Assembly (NCBI GenBank): GCA_963713975.1
Contig: OY970218.1
Span: 480,001-544,000, forward strand
Direction of reading: 5' to 3'
Origin: an uncultured Chloroflexia bacterium
GTDB lineage: Bacteria; Chloroflexota; Limnocylindria; Limnocylindrales; CSP1-4
Length of the DNA stretch: 64,000 nt
A model generated the notes under the pieces. It saw only the letters and a program-made list of their open reading frames with translations. It did not search any database and was not told the origin of the DNA. The position numbers and the translations under genes are program-made. Position 1 is the first letter of the stretch, and each line of letters starts with the position of its first letter. Positions 1-9,455 of the stretch are shown one piece after another.

Positions 1-525
1 CGGCGAGACCTCCGGCGACCACGGGAAGAAGACCAGCGTCCGGCCCACCCGTTGCAGCACGAACTGGGCATCCCGTGGATACCCGATGGCGCCGGTGCCC
101 GAGGCAAGGTAGCCGGCGAACTCCCGGCCCACGGCGTCGGCGTCGACGTTCGACGGGAGCTCGTAGATGACGACGTAGCCGCCCTGGGGCTCGGACGGCA
201 GGACGGCCTGGAGCAGCTGCCTGGGGACCCCGATCAGCGACGGGCTCTCACCGGGACGGTACGCCGTCTGCGGGTCCCGGACCTGGAAGCCGGCCCGCTC
301 GAGCGCCGTCGCGACCTGGGCGTGGGTCCGCGCTGCGGCGTCACCGGCCGGTGCGACCGTCGGTGCCGCCGCTGGACCGCCGACGCCGATCCCCAGGGCC
401 TGGACGGCGATCAGCAGGGCTCCGACGAGGAGGCTGCCGATGGCGATGACAGCCAGCCAGGCGGGCGGGCCGCCACGCCTGGTGTCGTCGGGTCCCGCGT
501 CCGTCGTGCCTGCCGGACCGCTCAT
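1..525 (-). CDS. hypothetical membrane-anchored protein (3' end beyond window)
   Basis: Own translation from ATG 525 (overlaps HIT stop): MSGPAGTTDAGPDDTRRGGPPAWLAVIAIGSLLVGALLIAVQALGIGVGG...; one N-terminal TM segment; open to position 1; not in ORF track. Confidence 0.7.
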   Translation of the reverse strand, partial: MSGPAGTTDAGPDDTRRGGPPAWLAVIAIGSLLVGALLIAVQALGIGVGGPAAAPTVAPAGDAAARTHAQVATALERAGFQVRDPQTAYRPGESPSLIGVPRQLLQAVLPSEPQGGYVVIYELPSNVDADAVGREFAGYLASGTGAIGYPRDAQFVLQRVGRTLVFFPWSPEVSP

Positions 526-866
526 CCAGGGGGCCAGCCCATCGCTCGGCCGCCGAGGAGGTGGACGTGGAGATGGGCGACCGATTGTCCGCCGTCCGCG
601 CCGACGTTGGTGACGAGGCGCCAGCCGCCATCCAGGCCCTCGCTCCGCGCCAGGTCGGCCGCGACCAAGAACAGCCGGCCGAGCAGGGATGCGTCGGTCT
701 CCGCCAGGTCCGCGGCCGAGGCCACGTGGGCAACGGGCATCAGCAGGACGTGCACCGGCGCCTGCGGGTTCACGTCGCGGATCGCGATGACCAGCTCGTC
801 CTCGTGGAGGCGGGTCGCGGGGATCTCGCCGGTGGCGATCCGGCAGAACAGGCAGTCAGCGGGCAT
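522..866 (-). CDS. histidine triad (HIT) nucleotide-binding protein
   Basis: MPADCLFCRI...PQAPVHVLLMP...GQSVAHLHVHLLGG; HxHxH motif; typical position after mtaB. Confidence 0.95.
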   Translation of the reverse strand: MPADCLFCRIATGEIPATRLHEDELVIAIRDVNPQAPVHVLLMPVAHVASAADLAETDASLLGRLFLVAADLARSEGLDGGWRLVTNVGADGGQSVAHLHVHLLGGRAMGWPPG

Positions 867-2376
867 CGGCTCCTCCGTTCGATCTCGATCCGGCCAGCAC
901 CGGCAGGGTGGCCCGGAGCATCCGTGGCGGCGGCTCGACCGCGACGATCTCACCGGTCACGCGCTCGGCGAGGGCTTCATCTGCGGACGTGCGGCGTGCG
1001 GTCACGATCGCGTTCTCGAGGTTGACCGGGTCGTCCGCGCGTGGCACCACCGCCACCAGAACATGATCCTCCGCGTGGCCGACCCATCGGCCGTCCGTGA
1101 GGCGGGTCTCGACGAGCACGCGCGTCACCGTCCCGAGCGCCGCCCGGGCAAACGTCGCCCTGGCCTCCGCCCCAAGGGCCAGGAGCGCTGCCGCGCGCGC
1201 CTTCTTCACCGGCGATGGGACCTGGCCGTCCATGCGTGTCGCGGGTGTCCCGGGTCGGGCCGAGTAGCGGAAGACGTGGAGTCCCGCGGGTTCCAGCGCC
1301 CGGATGAAGGCGACCGAGCGCTCGAACGCTTCCTCGTCCTCGGTGGGGAACCCGGCGATGACATCGGCGTGCACCGCGACGCCCGGGATCGCCGCACGAA
1401 CGCGCTCGACCATGCGGGCGTAGTCGTCGGCCAGGTAGCGGCGGCCCATCCGCCGCAGGACGCCGTCGTCGCCGCTCTGGAGCGGGAGATGGACGTGCGG
1501 CAGCGTCCGCGGAGCGCCTTCGACCCAGGCCGTCAGCAGCTCGTCGTCCACGTGCTGCGGCTCGATGGAGCTCAGCCGGATCCTCTCGACCGAGGTCTCG
1601 TCCAGGATCCTCCGGACCAGGCCGGCGAGGGTCAGGACGCTTCGGAGGTGAGAGCCACGGGCCCCGCGCTCAGACCAGCCGCCGTCGTAGGTGCCGATGT
1701 TGATGCCGGTCAGGACGATCTCGCGGTGACCGGCGGCGAGCGCCCGGCGCACGTCCGCCAGCACGACGTCCGGTGCCAGCGATCGCTCCGCGCCACGGGC
1801 CCGCGGAATGATGCAGTACGTGCAGTGGAACGAGCAGCCGTCCTGGACCTTCACGAACGCCCGCGTCCGCTCGACCGAGGCCCGGTCATCTGCCACCCCG
1901 TCCAGCCCGGCGGCCGTCACGGCCTCGACGCCCGACAGCGTCGGCAGCGCGGCGTCGAGCGGGGCGTGCGGGGCGTTGTCGGGGTGGTCGCTGATGCGGA
2001 GGAGGCCCTCGAGCTCCGCCAGGAACGCGGCCTTGTCCTCGTTGCCCACCAGCCTCGCCCTCGGATCGACCGTCGCGAAGGTATGGGGGTCGACCTGGAC
2101 CGAGCATCCGGTCACCACGACCTGGGCGTCCGGGTTGGCCCGGCGGACCCGTCGGACGGCAGCGCGTGACTTCTCGTCGGCGGTGGACGTCACGGTGCAG
2201 GTGTTGACGAGGTAGAGCTCCGCGGGCCGGGTCGCGTCCACCAGCGAAATGCCGGCCTCGCGGAGGAGGCGGGCCGCGGCCTCCATCTCGGACTGGTTGA
2301 CCTTGCAGCCCAGGTTGACGATCGCGGCCGAGCGCGGCCGGGCGGGCGCTGTTGCGGGTGAACCGGCCTGGAGCAT
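856..2376 (-). CDS. mtaB: tRNA t6A methylthiotransferase (MiaB/MtaB radical SAM)
   Basis: LGCKVNQSE, NTCTVT, VTGC, KVQDGCSFHCTYCIIP motifs; start placed at ATG 2376. Confidence 0.9.
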   Translation of the reverse strand: MLQAGSPATAPARPRSAAIVNLGCKVNQSEMEAAARLLREAGISLVDATRPAELYLVNTCTVTSTADEKSRAAVRRVRRANPDAQVVVTGCSVQVDPHTFATVDPRARLVGNEDKAAFLAELEGLLRISDHPDNAPHAPLDAALPTLSGVEAVTAAGLDGVADDRASVERTRAFVKVQDGCSFHCTYCIIPRARGAERSLAPDVVLADVRRALAAGHREIVLTGINIGTYDGGWSERGARGSHLRSVLTLAGLVRRILDETSVERIRLSSIEPQHVDDELLTAWVEGAPRTLPHVHLPLQSGDDGVLRRMGRRYLADDYARMVERVRAAIPGVAVHADVIAGFPTEDEEAFERSVAFIRALEPAGLHVFRYSARPGTPATRMDGQVPSPVKKARAAALLALGAEARATFARAALGTVTRVLVETRLTDGRWVGHAEDHVLVAVVPRADDPVNLENAIVTARRTSADEALAERVTGEIVAVEPPPRMLRATLPVLAGSRSNGGADAR

Positions 2377-2864
2377 CACCACAGCGCCGGCTTCGTCGAC
2401 ATGAGGAAGGCGATCAGGCCGACGGCCGTCGTCACGCCATACGCGATGTAGCGCTGCCGCCGGGCGCGATCCCTCCAGGCATCGCGGTCCGCATCGGTCT
2501 CGATCCCCTCCCGGCGGGCGAGGCCGCGCAGCGTGGGGCGCTGGATGACGAAGACCACGACGGCGGTGACCCCGTAGGTGGCCAGGCTGACCAGCAACCA
2601 GGGCTGCTCCAGCATCCGCGGCCCGAGGACGGCGATCATGCCGATCCCGGTCAGCGCCAGCCCGATCCCGATGGCGACCGTGCCGTGCGCTTGGATCCAG
2701 AGCAGCATGCGCACGAACCGGCCCGGCTCCGGCGCGTCGTAGCCCACGGCCACCTGCCGGTTCCGGAGCGTGAACGGCAGCATCAGGCTCGGCACGAACA
2801 GGGCGATCGCGAGCGTGATGTGGGTCGCGAGGATGATCGGGAAGAGCGAGGACAGGTCGGGCAT
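2376..2864 (-). CDS. membrane protein, DUF2269-like (4 TM)
   Basis: Four hydrophobic helices, conserved H in TM1, C-terminal LMSTKP. Confidence 0.65.
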   Translation of the reverse strand: MPDLSSLFPIILATHITLAIALFVPSLMLPFTLRNRQVAVGYDAPEPGRFVRMLLWIQAHGTVAIGIGLALTGIGMIAVLGPRMLEQPWLLVSLATYGVTAVVVFVIQRPTLRGLARREGIETDADRDAWRDRARRQRYIAYGVTTAVGLIAFLMSTKPALW

Positions 2865-2893
2865 CGAGTCCGGATCGTAGCGCAGGGTGGCGC

Positions 2894-3334
2894 TCAGGCC
2901 CGGCGCCGTCCACTCGAGTCCGGCAGCACGATCACCGGGTGACCCTCCGCGCGTGCGGCTGCGACGAGTGCGCCATCGGCGGTGGCGATGGGCTCGTGCT
3001 GGACCATCCCGGTCGCCAGGACGATGCAGTCCGCGAGCGAGACTGGCCGCCTGTCCCGATCCCAGTGGCGTGCTCGCAGCAAGCCCGCTTGTCGCCCGAT
3101 CTCCGCATCGACCGGGACCTCCGCGAGCCCTGCAGCGACCAGCGTGTCGACCAGCTCCAGGCAGACCTCGACGCGTCGACCAGCGCGCTTGACGATGACG
3201 TCGACGATCTCCGCGATTCCGGTGGACGGGATGGACGGCGGACCCTCGGAGCCCCTGAGGAGTGCCTCGGCCTCGTCGGCTCCCGGCTCATCGAGGAGGA
3301 GCGCGATCACCACGGTCGAGTCGAGCACGCTCAT
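2894..3334 (-). CDS. vapC: PIN-domain toxin (VapC)
   Basis: VLDSTVVIALLLDEPG...SLADCIVLA...IATADGAL acidic PIN motifs. Confidence 0.88.
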   Translation of the reverse strand: MSVLDSTVVIALLLDEPGADEAEALLRGSEGPPSIPSTGIAEIVDVIVKRAGRRVEVCLELVDTLVAAGLAEVPVDAEIGRQAGLLRARHWDRDRRPVSLADCIVLATGMVQHEPIATADGALVAAARAEGHPVIVLPDSSGRRRA

Positions 3335-3585
3335 CGGCCCAGCTGTCCGAACTTGCGCTCCTCCGCTGCCTCCTCCTCACTCCTCAGCTCGCGGCGCACG
3401 TCATCGCTCGTGAGGTCCGTTCCACGCAACGAGCCGCGGAGCGTCTTGATCGGGTCGTCGGGGAGCGGGCGGATGACGAGCGAGTCACCGACCTCCGTGA
3501 CCACAACGCGATGGACCCCCCAGCGATGGCGGATCGCCGCGGGGATCGAGATCTGGCCGCCCTTTGAGATCGTTGCGATCTTCAT
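3331..3585 (-). CDS. AbrB/MazE/SpoVT-family antitoxin
   Basis: MKIATISKGGQISIPAAIRHRWG...LVIRP; 84 aa; ATGA overlap with vapC. Confidence 0.85.
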   Translation of the reverse strand: MKIATISKGGQISIPAAIRHRWGVHRVVVTEVGDSLVIRPLPDDPIKTLRGSLRGTDLTSDDVRRELRSEEEAAEERKFGQLGR

Positions 3586-3649
3586 GGAGCACATGATATC
3601 GCATGCATCGCTTTCGAACACATGAGACATGCCCCGATTCATGAGGCGC

Positions 3650-4696
3650 TCAGGCAGGCCGGCGGACCTCCAGGGCCACCCAGTCGCCCTCGGTGTGGCG
3701 GTCCACGACCGCGAGGCCGCGGGCCCGGAAGGCGTCGACGACCGCCTCCTCGCGGTTCTCGAAGATCCCGGAGGCGAGGAGCGTGCCGCCCGGTCGCAGG
3801 TCCTCGACCAGGCCATCGGCGAGCGTGATCAGCAGCGATGCGATGAGGTTCGCGAGCACGACATCGAACGGGCCCTCGCCGCTCGGCGCGCTGCCCTCGC
3901 GGGCCCGGATGACCCGGCTGAGACGGTTGCGCCGCGCATTCGCCGCCGACGCCTGCACCGCGATCGGGTCGACGTCCACCGCCAGCACCTCGCGTGCGCC
4001 CAGCCTGGCCGCAGCGATGGCGAGGATGCCGGACCCGGAGCCGACGTCCAGGACCCGGGCGGGTCCGCCGTCGGGCGCCCCGCGATCCAGCCGGCTACAG
4101 TCCGCGAGCGACTCGAGCGCCGCGAGGCACAGCCTCGTCGTCGGGTGCAGGCCGGTGCCGAAGGCCATGCCGGGGTCGAGCGCGAGGATCACGTCGTCGG
4201 GCTGGCGGCGGTGCCGGCGCCATGTGGGCCGGATCACGATCCTGCGCCCGACTCGCAGGACCGGGAAGTGCGCCTTCCAGCCGTTCGCCCAGTCGGCCTC
4301 GACCACCACGCGTGCGGACAGGTCGCCGATCGGCCGCAGACCGAAGGCCTGGAGGTGCCCGAGATCCCGATCGGCCCGGCCGACGGCGTCGGTGACGGCG
4401 ACGGGGTCGAGGATCGGGAGGTGCGCCCGCACCATCGCCGGCCGGGCCAGGTCCACGCGCGCGGCGAGTCCCTCGTCCACCAGCTCGAACGCAGGCTCCA
4501 CGCTCGTCCCGCCGGGCGCGGCGCGCGACAGGATCTCCGAGACGGCCTCGACGGCCTCGTGGTCCGCGGCGACGGACAGCTCCAGCCACGCACCGGGGGT
4601 GGCGGCCGCGGCCGTGAGATCGATATCCGAAAGGGGACGGGAGCCCGCTGTGACCGGTCCCGTGGCGCTGCCCGCGCCCGGCGAGCCGTCGGTCAC
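3650..4696 (-). CDS. prmA: ribosomal protein L11 methyltransferase
   Basis: LDPGMAFGTGLHPTT, VLDVGSGSGILAI; follows dnaJ. Confidence 0.95.
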   Translation of the reverse strand: MTDGSPGAGSATGPVTAGSRPLSDIDLTAAAATPGAWLELSVAADHEAVEAVSEILSRAAPGGTSVEPAFELVDEGLAARVDLARPAMVRAHLPILDPVAVTDAVGRADRDLGHLQAFGLRPIGDLSARVVVEADWANGWKAHFPVLRVGRRIVIRPTWRRHRRQPDDVILALDPGMAFGTGLHPTTRLCLAALESLADCSRLDRGAPDGGPARVLDVGSGSGILAIAAARLGAREVLAVDVDPIAVQASAANARRNRLSRVIRAREGSAPSGEGPFDVVLANLIASLLITLADGLVEDLRPGGTLLASGIFENREEAVVDAFRARGLAVVDRHTEGDWVALEVRRPA

Positions 4697-5817
4697 CCGA
4701 GCCCCAGCTTCTCGCGCAGGCCGGACGGGGCGGAGACGTGCTCCCCGCCCTCCTTGGCGTACGTCTCGAGGAGCTCGCGCTGGCGCTTGGTCAGCTTGGT
4801 CGGCACGACGACGTTGGCGATGACGTGGAGGTCCCCGCGGGAGCTGTGGCGGCGGAGATGCGGCACGCCGCGACCGCGGAGGCGGATCTCGGTCCCGGGC
4901 TGGGTCCCGGGCTTGATGTCCACCTCCGCATCCTCGCCCTCGACGGTCGGCACCATGAGCTTCGTCCCCAGGGCGGCCTGTGCGATGGACAGGTCAGCCT
5001 CGTAGAACAGCTCGGTCCCCTCGCGGGTGAGCGTCGGGTGGGGGGCGACGTGGACGGCCACGTAGAGGCTCCCCGCAGGCCCGCCCCGCGGGCCCACCTC
5101 GCCCTCGTTGGACAGACGGATCTGGTGCCCCTCGTCGATGCCGGCGGGGATCGTCACCCGGAGGCTCCTGCGGCGTTGGGTCCGTCCCTCGCCGCTGCAT
5201 GTGTCGCAGCCGTTCTCGACGATCTTCCCCTCGCCCCGGCAGCGCGGACAGGGTGCCACGTTCACCATCTGGCCGAGCATCGTCTGGCGCACCGAGCGGA
5301 CCTCGCCCCGGCCGTTGCACCCGGGACACTGGACCGGCGCGGAGCCATCCTTGGCACCCGATCCACCACAGGTGTCACAGCGGCCGAGGACCGGGAACTC
5401 GATCTCCTTCTCGACCCCGAGGACCGCCTCGTCGAAGGCGATCCGCAGGTCGTAGCGCAGGTCCGAGCCCTGGCTGGGTCGCCCGCGACGTGCCGAGCCC
5501 GCCATCGAGCCCCCGAAGAAGGCGTCGAAGATGTCCGAGAATCCGCCGAACCCCGCCGCCCCTGCCCCGAAGCCCCCGTCCCCACCTGCCCCGCTCACGC
5601 CGGCGCGCCCGAACATGTCGTACGCCTGGCGTCGCTGCGCGTCGGAGAGGACCTGGTAGGCCTCGTTGATCTCCTTGAACCGCTCCTGCGCCGCGTCGTC
5701 CGCGTTGACATCCGGGTGCCATTGCTGGGCGAGCTTGCGGAAGGCGCGCTTGATGTCGGCGTCGCCGGCGGTGCGGTCGACCCCGAGCACCTCGTAGTAG
5801 TCGCGTTCGGCAGTCAT
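4693..5817 (-). CDS. dnaJ: chaperone DnaJ
   Basis: J-domain HPD, G/F region, four CxxCxGxG repeats. Confidence 0.98.
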   Translation of the reverse strand: MTAERDYYEVLGVDRTAGDADIKRAFRKLAQQWHPDVNADDAAQERFKEINEAYQVLSDAQRRQAYDMFGRAGVSGAGGDGGFGAGAAGFGGFSDIFDAFFGGSMAGSARRGRPSQGSDLRYDLRIAFDEAVLGVEKEIEFPVLGRCDTCGGSGAKDGSAPVQCPGCNGRGEVRSVRQTMLGQMVNVAPCPRCRGEGKIVENGCDTCSGEGRTQRRRSLRVTIPAGIDEGHQIRLSNEGEVGPRGGPAGSLYVAVHVAPHPTLTREGTELFYEADLSIAQAALGTKLMVPTVEGEDAEVDIKPGTQPGTEIRLRGRGVPHLRRHSSRGDLHVIANVVVPTKLTKRQRELLETYAKEGGEHVSAPSGLREKLGLG

Positions 5818-5831
5818 GGGCGGAGATGAGT

Positions 5832-6563
5832 CTACGGGACGTTGGGCTCTAGGCCCGCCAATCGGGCGGCACGGGCGAACACCGCCTGCATCATCGGCTG
5901 GGTGAGCCGCCCGGTGAAGGTGTTCTGCTGGCTGGGGTGGTAGGTGCCGACCAGGTCGTACGGGCCGATGCGGGTCTGCGCCCCGTGCCCGAAGCGGGGC
6001 CTGGGAGTTGGGATCCCGTGGCCCAGCGCGGCGAGGGACCGGAGCGTCGCGTCCCAGCCGATGGCCCCGAGCGGGACGATCACGCGCAGGGCCGGGAGCA
6101 GCGCCAGTTCACGGTCGAGGAAGGGGCGACAGGTGGCCTGCTCGCCGGTCGTCGGCTTGTTCGCCGGTGGCACGCATCTGACGGCGGCCACGACGCGGAC
6201 CCCGTCGAGGGTCAGCCCGTCATCGGCCCGGCGGCCGGTCGGGCGGTCCGCGAGGCCCACGGCGTGGAGGGCTCGCCACAGAAAGTCGCCCGACGCGTCG
6301 CCGGTGAACACGCGCCCCGTCCGGTTGGCACCGTGGGCACCCGGGGCCAGGCCCACGAGCAGGATCCGCGCTCCCGGGTCGCCGAAGCCCGGCACGGCGC
6401 GGCCCCAGTACGTCTCGTCGCGGAACCTGGCGACCTTGACCCGCGCCTGCTCCTCCCGCCACGCGACCAGGCGGGGGCAGGCGACGCAATCGGTGATGCT
6501 GGCGTCCAGGGCGGGCAGGTCGCGGGCGATCCGTGCGGCGGCGATGGGATCGATGATGGGCAC
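5832..6563 (-). CDS. uracil-DNA glycosylase family 5 (UdgB-like, Fe-S)
   Basis: CVACPRL, GLAPGAHGANRTGRVFTGD, HPSQQNTFTGRLT. Confidence 0.9.
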   Translation of the reverse strand: MPIIDPIAAARIARDLPALDASITDCVACPRLVAWREEQARVKVARFRDETYWGRAVPGFGDPGARILLVGLAPGAHGANRTGRVFTGDASGDFLWRALHAVGLADRPTGRRADDGLTLDGVRVVAAVRCVPPANKPTTGEQATCRPFLDRELALLPALRVIVPLGAIGWDATLRSLAALGHGIPTPRPRFGHGAQTRIGPYDLVGTYHPSQQNTFTGRLTQPMMQAVFARAARLAGLEPNVP

Positions 6564-6581
6564 GCGCCGATCGTAGCGGTC

Positions 6582-7391
6582 CTACTTGAGCAGCAGCCGG
6601 TCAAGGCGACGACCAACGACCACGAGCCCTACCAGGCCCATCACGCCCAGGTACACGACGTGCCACAGGATCGACGGTTCGACGAAGCCGGTCGTGAGCG
6701 CCCGGATCATGTCGGTCCCCTGCCACAGCGGGGTCAGCCGGACGATGACCTGGAGGGGCTCCGGGTAGGCCGTGATCGGGAAGAAGGTGCCGCTGAACAG
6801 GAACAGCGGGAGCACGACGAGGTTGATCAGGTCGAAGTCCTGCCAGCTGCGCATGAAGGTGGTCGCGGCCATGCCCACGGCGGCGAAGGCGAACGCGAGC
6901 AGCATCGCGGCCGGGACCGCGAACACCGCCCAAGGTGAGGCGACGAGACCCAGGACCGTGATCACGACCATGAACCCCAGCGCGTACAGCGTCGCCCGGA
7001 TCACGGACCAGCCGATCTCGCCCAGCGCCACGTCGCCCGGGTCCATGGGCGTGACGAGGATCGCGTCGTAGGTCTTCTGGTAGTTGAGCTTGAAGAACAC
7101 GTTGAACGTGGATTCGGCGATGGCCCCGTTCATGGACGCCGAGGCGAGCAGCGCCGGTGCCACGAACATCGCGTACGGGATGGCGGTCCCGTCGGGGCCG
7201 GGGACGTCACCCACCATGCCGCCGATGCCGAGCCCGATCGAGAGCAGGTAGAACAGCGGCTCGAAGAAGCCGGACAGGATGACCAGCCACCCGCTCCGGT
7301 AGACGAACAGGTTGCGCTCGATGAGCAGCAGCGCCCGGCGGCCGCCGAATCCGGCCGGGAGCACGCGCTGCATCGCGAGGATGGCGTTCAT
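6582..7391 (-). CDS. ABC-2 transporter permease
   Basis: Multi-TM; LFLFSGTFFPI motif. Confidence 0.9.
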   Translation of the reverse strand: MNAILAMQRVLPAGFGGRRALLLIERNLFVYRSGWLVILSGFFEPLFYLLSIGLGIGGMVGDVPGPDGTAIPYAMFVAPALLASASMNGAIAESTFNVFFKLNYQKTYDAILVTPMDPGDVALGEIGWSVIRATLYALGFMVVITVLGLVASPWAVFAVPAAMLLAFAFAAVGMAATTFMRSWQDFDLINLVVLPLFLFSGTFFPITAYPEPLQVIVRLTPLWQGTDMIRALTTGFVEPSILWHVVYLGVMGLVGLVVVGRRLDRLLLK

Positions 7392-7395
7392 CGGG

Positions 7396-8238
7396 TCACT
7401 GCTCCAGCTGCCGCCGGAACATCACGAACGTCGCGATCACGCCGCCCGTGGCCATCGCCGAGAGGATGACGAGATGCGCCAGCATCAGCCCGGGCTCCTC
7501 CCCGGCCGTGCCCAACGCCAGCGAGCGCCCCAGGTCCACCCCGTGCCACAGGGGCAGCAGCCAGGCCACCACCTGGAGCGGCTCGGGCAGCTGGCTGATC
7601 GGGAAGAACGTGCCCGAGAACAGGAACAGCGGGGTGATCCCGAACCGCCAGATCGAGTTGAATGACGTGGTGTCGCGCTGGGTGGACATGTACGCGGCGA
7701 TGGGTCCCGCGAACGCGAGCGCAGTCAGGGTCCCGACGGCCACCGTCAGCACGATGCCCGGCGTCGCGGCCGCGCCGAACACCACGATCACCACCATGAA
7801 GATGGCACCCACCAGGGTCGCCCGCGTCGAGACCCAGGCGAGGAGGCCCGCGGCGATGGAGTACGGGGAGATCGGGGTCGCGACCATGCCGTGGAAGCGA
7901 CGGATCCAGTGGAACCCGGCGAGGACCGGAAAGGTGGCCTCGAACACCGAGCCCTGCATGACCGTGGACACCAGCAGGGCCGGCGCCAGCCACTGGAGGT
8001 AGGACACGCCGCCCAGCGCCTGGGCCCCGCCGCCGGCGTCCACGTAGGACCCGAGGCCGATCCCCATCGCGACCAGGAACAGTGCCGGCTGGGCGAAGTT
8101 CCCGATGATCGAGCCACGCCAGGTGCGAACGTAGAGCAGCCAGTGGTGCTCGTAGACGGCGCGTGCGCCGGCCAGCGACGAGCGACGCGGTCCGGCGCCC
8201 ACGGCGGGCGGTCCGAGCGGCGCCTCGACGACCGCCAT
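7396..8238 (-). CDS. ABC-2 transporter permease
   Basis: Multi-TM; PLFLFSGTFFPISQLP. Confidence 0.9.
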   Translation of the reverse strand: MAVVEAPLGPPAVGAGPRRSSLAGARAVYEHHWLLYVRTWRGSIIGNFAQPALFLVAMGIGLGSYVDAGGGAQALGGVSYLQWLAPALLVSTVMQGSVFEATFPVLAGFHWIRRFHGMVATPISPYSIAAGLLAWVSTRATLVGAIFMVVIVVFGAAATPGIVLTVAVGTLTALAFAGPIAAYMSTQRDTTSFNSIWRFGITPLFLFSGTFFPISQLPEPLQVVAWLLPLWHGVDLGRSLALGTAGEEPGLMLAHLVILSAMATGGVIATFVMFRRQLEQ

Positions 8239-9179
8239 CAGTCCACCAGGCTGCGGCCGGTCAGCCGCAGAAACACGTCCTCCAGCGAGCTCCGCCGGAC
8301 GAGGACGGTCTCCGGCACGAGGCCCCGCCCGTGCGCCGCGACCGCGACCGCCTCACCATCTTCGGAGTACACGAGCACCCGGTCCGGGAGCAGCTCGACC
8401 CGTTCGCCGAGGCCGTCCAGGCGCCCTTCGAGCGTCTCCTGGACGCCGACCGGGAAGCGCATCTCCGTCACCTCGCGGGTGGCGTATTGATCGATGAGCT
8501 GGCGCGGCGAGCCGGCGGCGACGATCCTCGCCTGGTCCATCACCACGAGCCGGTCACAGAGCTGCTCGGCCTCGTCCATGTAGTGGGTCGTGAGGACCAG
8601 CGTGACGCCGCGCTGCTTGAGCCGGTAGAGGCGCTCCCAGAGCAGGTGCCGGGCCTGAGGGTCCAACCCCGTGGTGGGCTCGTCGAGCAGCAGGATCGAC
8701 GGCTCATTGATCAGGGCGCGGGCGATCGTCAGGCGCCGCTTCATGCCACCCGAGAGCGGCTCGACCTTGTCGTTCGCGCGCTCGGACAGCTGCGCGAACT
8801 CGAGCAGGCCGTCAGCGCGACTGCCGCTCTCGGCCCGGGTCAGCCCGAAGTACCGCCCGTAGATCACCAGGTTGTCGCGGACCGACAGCTCCGTGTCGAG
8901 GGTGTCCTGCTGGGGCACCACGCCAAGTCGGCCGCGGATCCGCGGTCCGTCCAGAGCGGGGTCCAGATCCAGGATCCGGAGCGTCCCGGCACTGACCGGG
9001 GACACGCACGCGATCATGCGCATCGTGCTGGTCTTGCCCGCGCCGTTGGGACCCAGGAAGCCGAAGCTCTCGGCCGGGGCGACGTCGAAGTCGATGCCGT
9101 CCACCGCCGTGAACGTCCCGAAACGCTTGGTCAGCCCCTGGGCGTGGATCAGCGGCGGGGTCGGATTCTGCTCGGACAT
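8238..9179 (-). CDS. ABC transporter ATP-binding protein (NodI-like)
   Basis: Walker A GPNGAGKT, LSGGMKRR, LLLDEPTTGLD. Confidence 0.95.
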   Translation of the reverse strand: MSEQNPTPPLIHAQGLTKRFGTFTAVDGIDFDVAPAESFGFLGPNGAGKTSTMRMIACVSPVSAGTLRILDLDPALDGPRIRGRLGVVPQQDTLDTELSVRDNLVIYGRYFGLTRAESGSRADGLLEFAQLSERANDKVEPLSGGMKRRLTIARALINEPSILLLDEPTTGLDPQARHLLWERLYRLKQRGVTLVLTTHYMDEAEQLCDRLVVMDQARIVAAGSPRQLIDQYATREVTEMRFPVGVQETLEGRLDGLGERVELLPDRVLVYSEDGEAVAVAAHGRGLVPETVLVRRSSLEDVFLRLTGRSLVD

Positions 9180-9219
9180 CGGCCGCGCATCGTACCGCAG
9201 GCCATCGTGCCGAAGCGCA

Positions 9220-9432
9220 TCAGGAGATCCGACCCGGTACCTCGTTGAGCGGAGTGGCCGTGACGCCGGCCCCGGCGGCCGCGTGGAGCTGCGCCCGGTC
9301 GACGCCGATCATGGTGGCCCCCAGATGCCTGGCGACCTCGATGTGCGCGGCATCCGGGACGCGGATCCCATGATCCAGCGCGAGGGTGTAGGCCGCGGCG
9401 GCGTGTTCGCGGCCGCGGGTGCCGCTGCCCAC
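9220..9432 (-). pseudogene. C-terminal remnant of a PIN/VapC toxin
   Basis: AYTLALDHGIRVPDAAHIEVARHLGATMIGVDRAQLHAAAGAGV resembles the PIN C-terminal half; N-terminal D-motif absent. Confidence 0.55.
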
Positions 9433-9455
9433 GCCCGCCCGCCAAGGGCCGAGGG

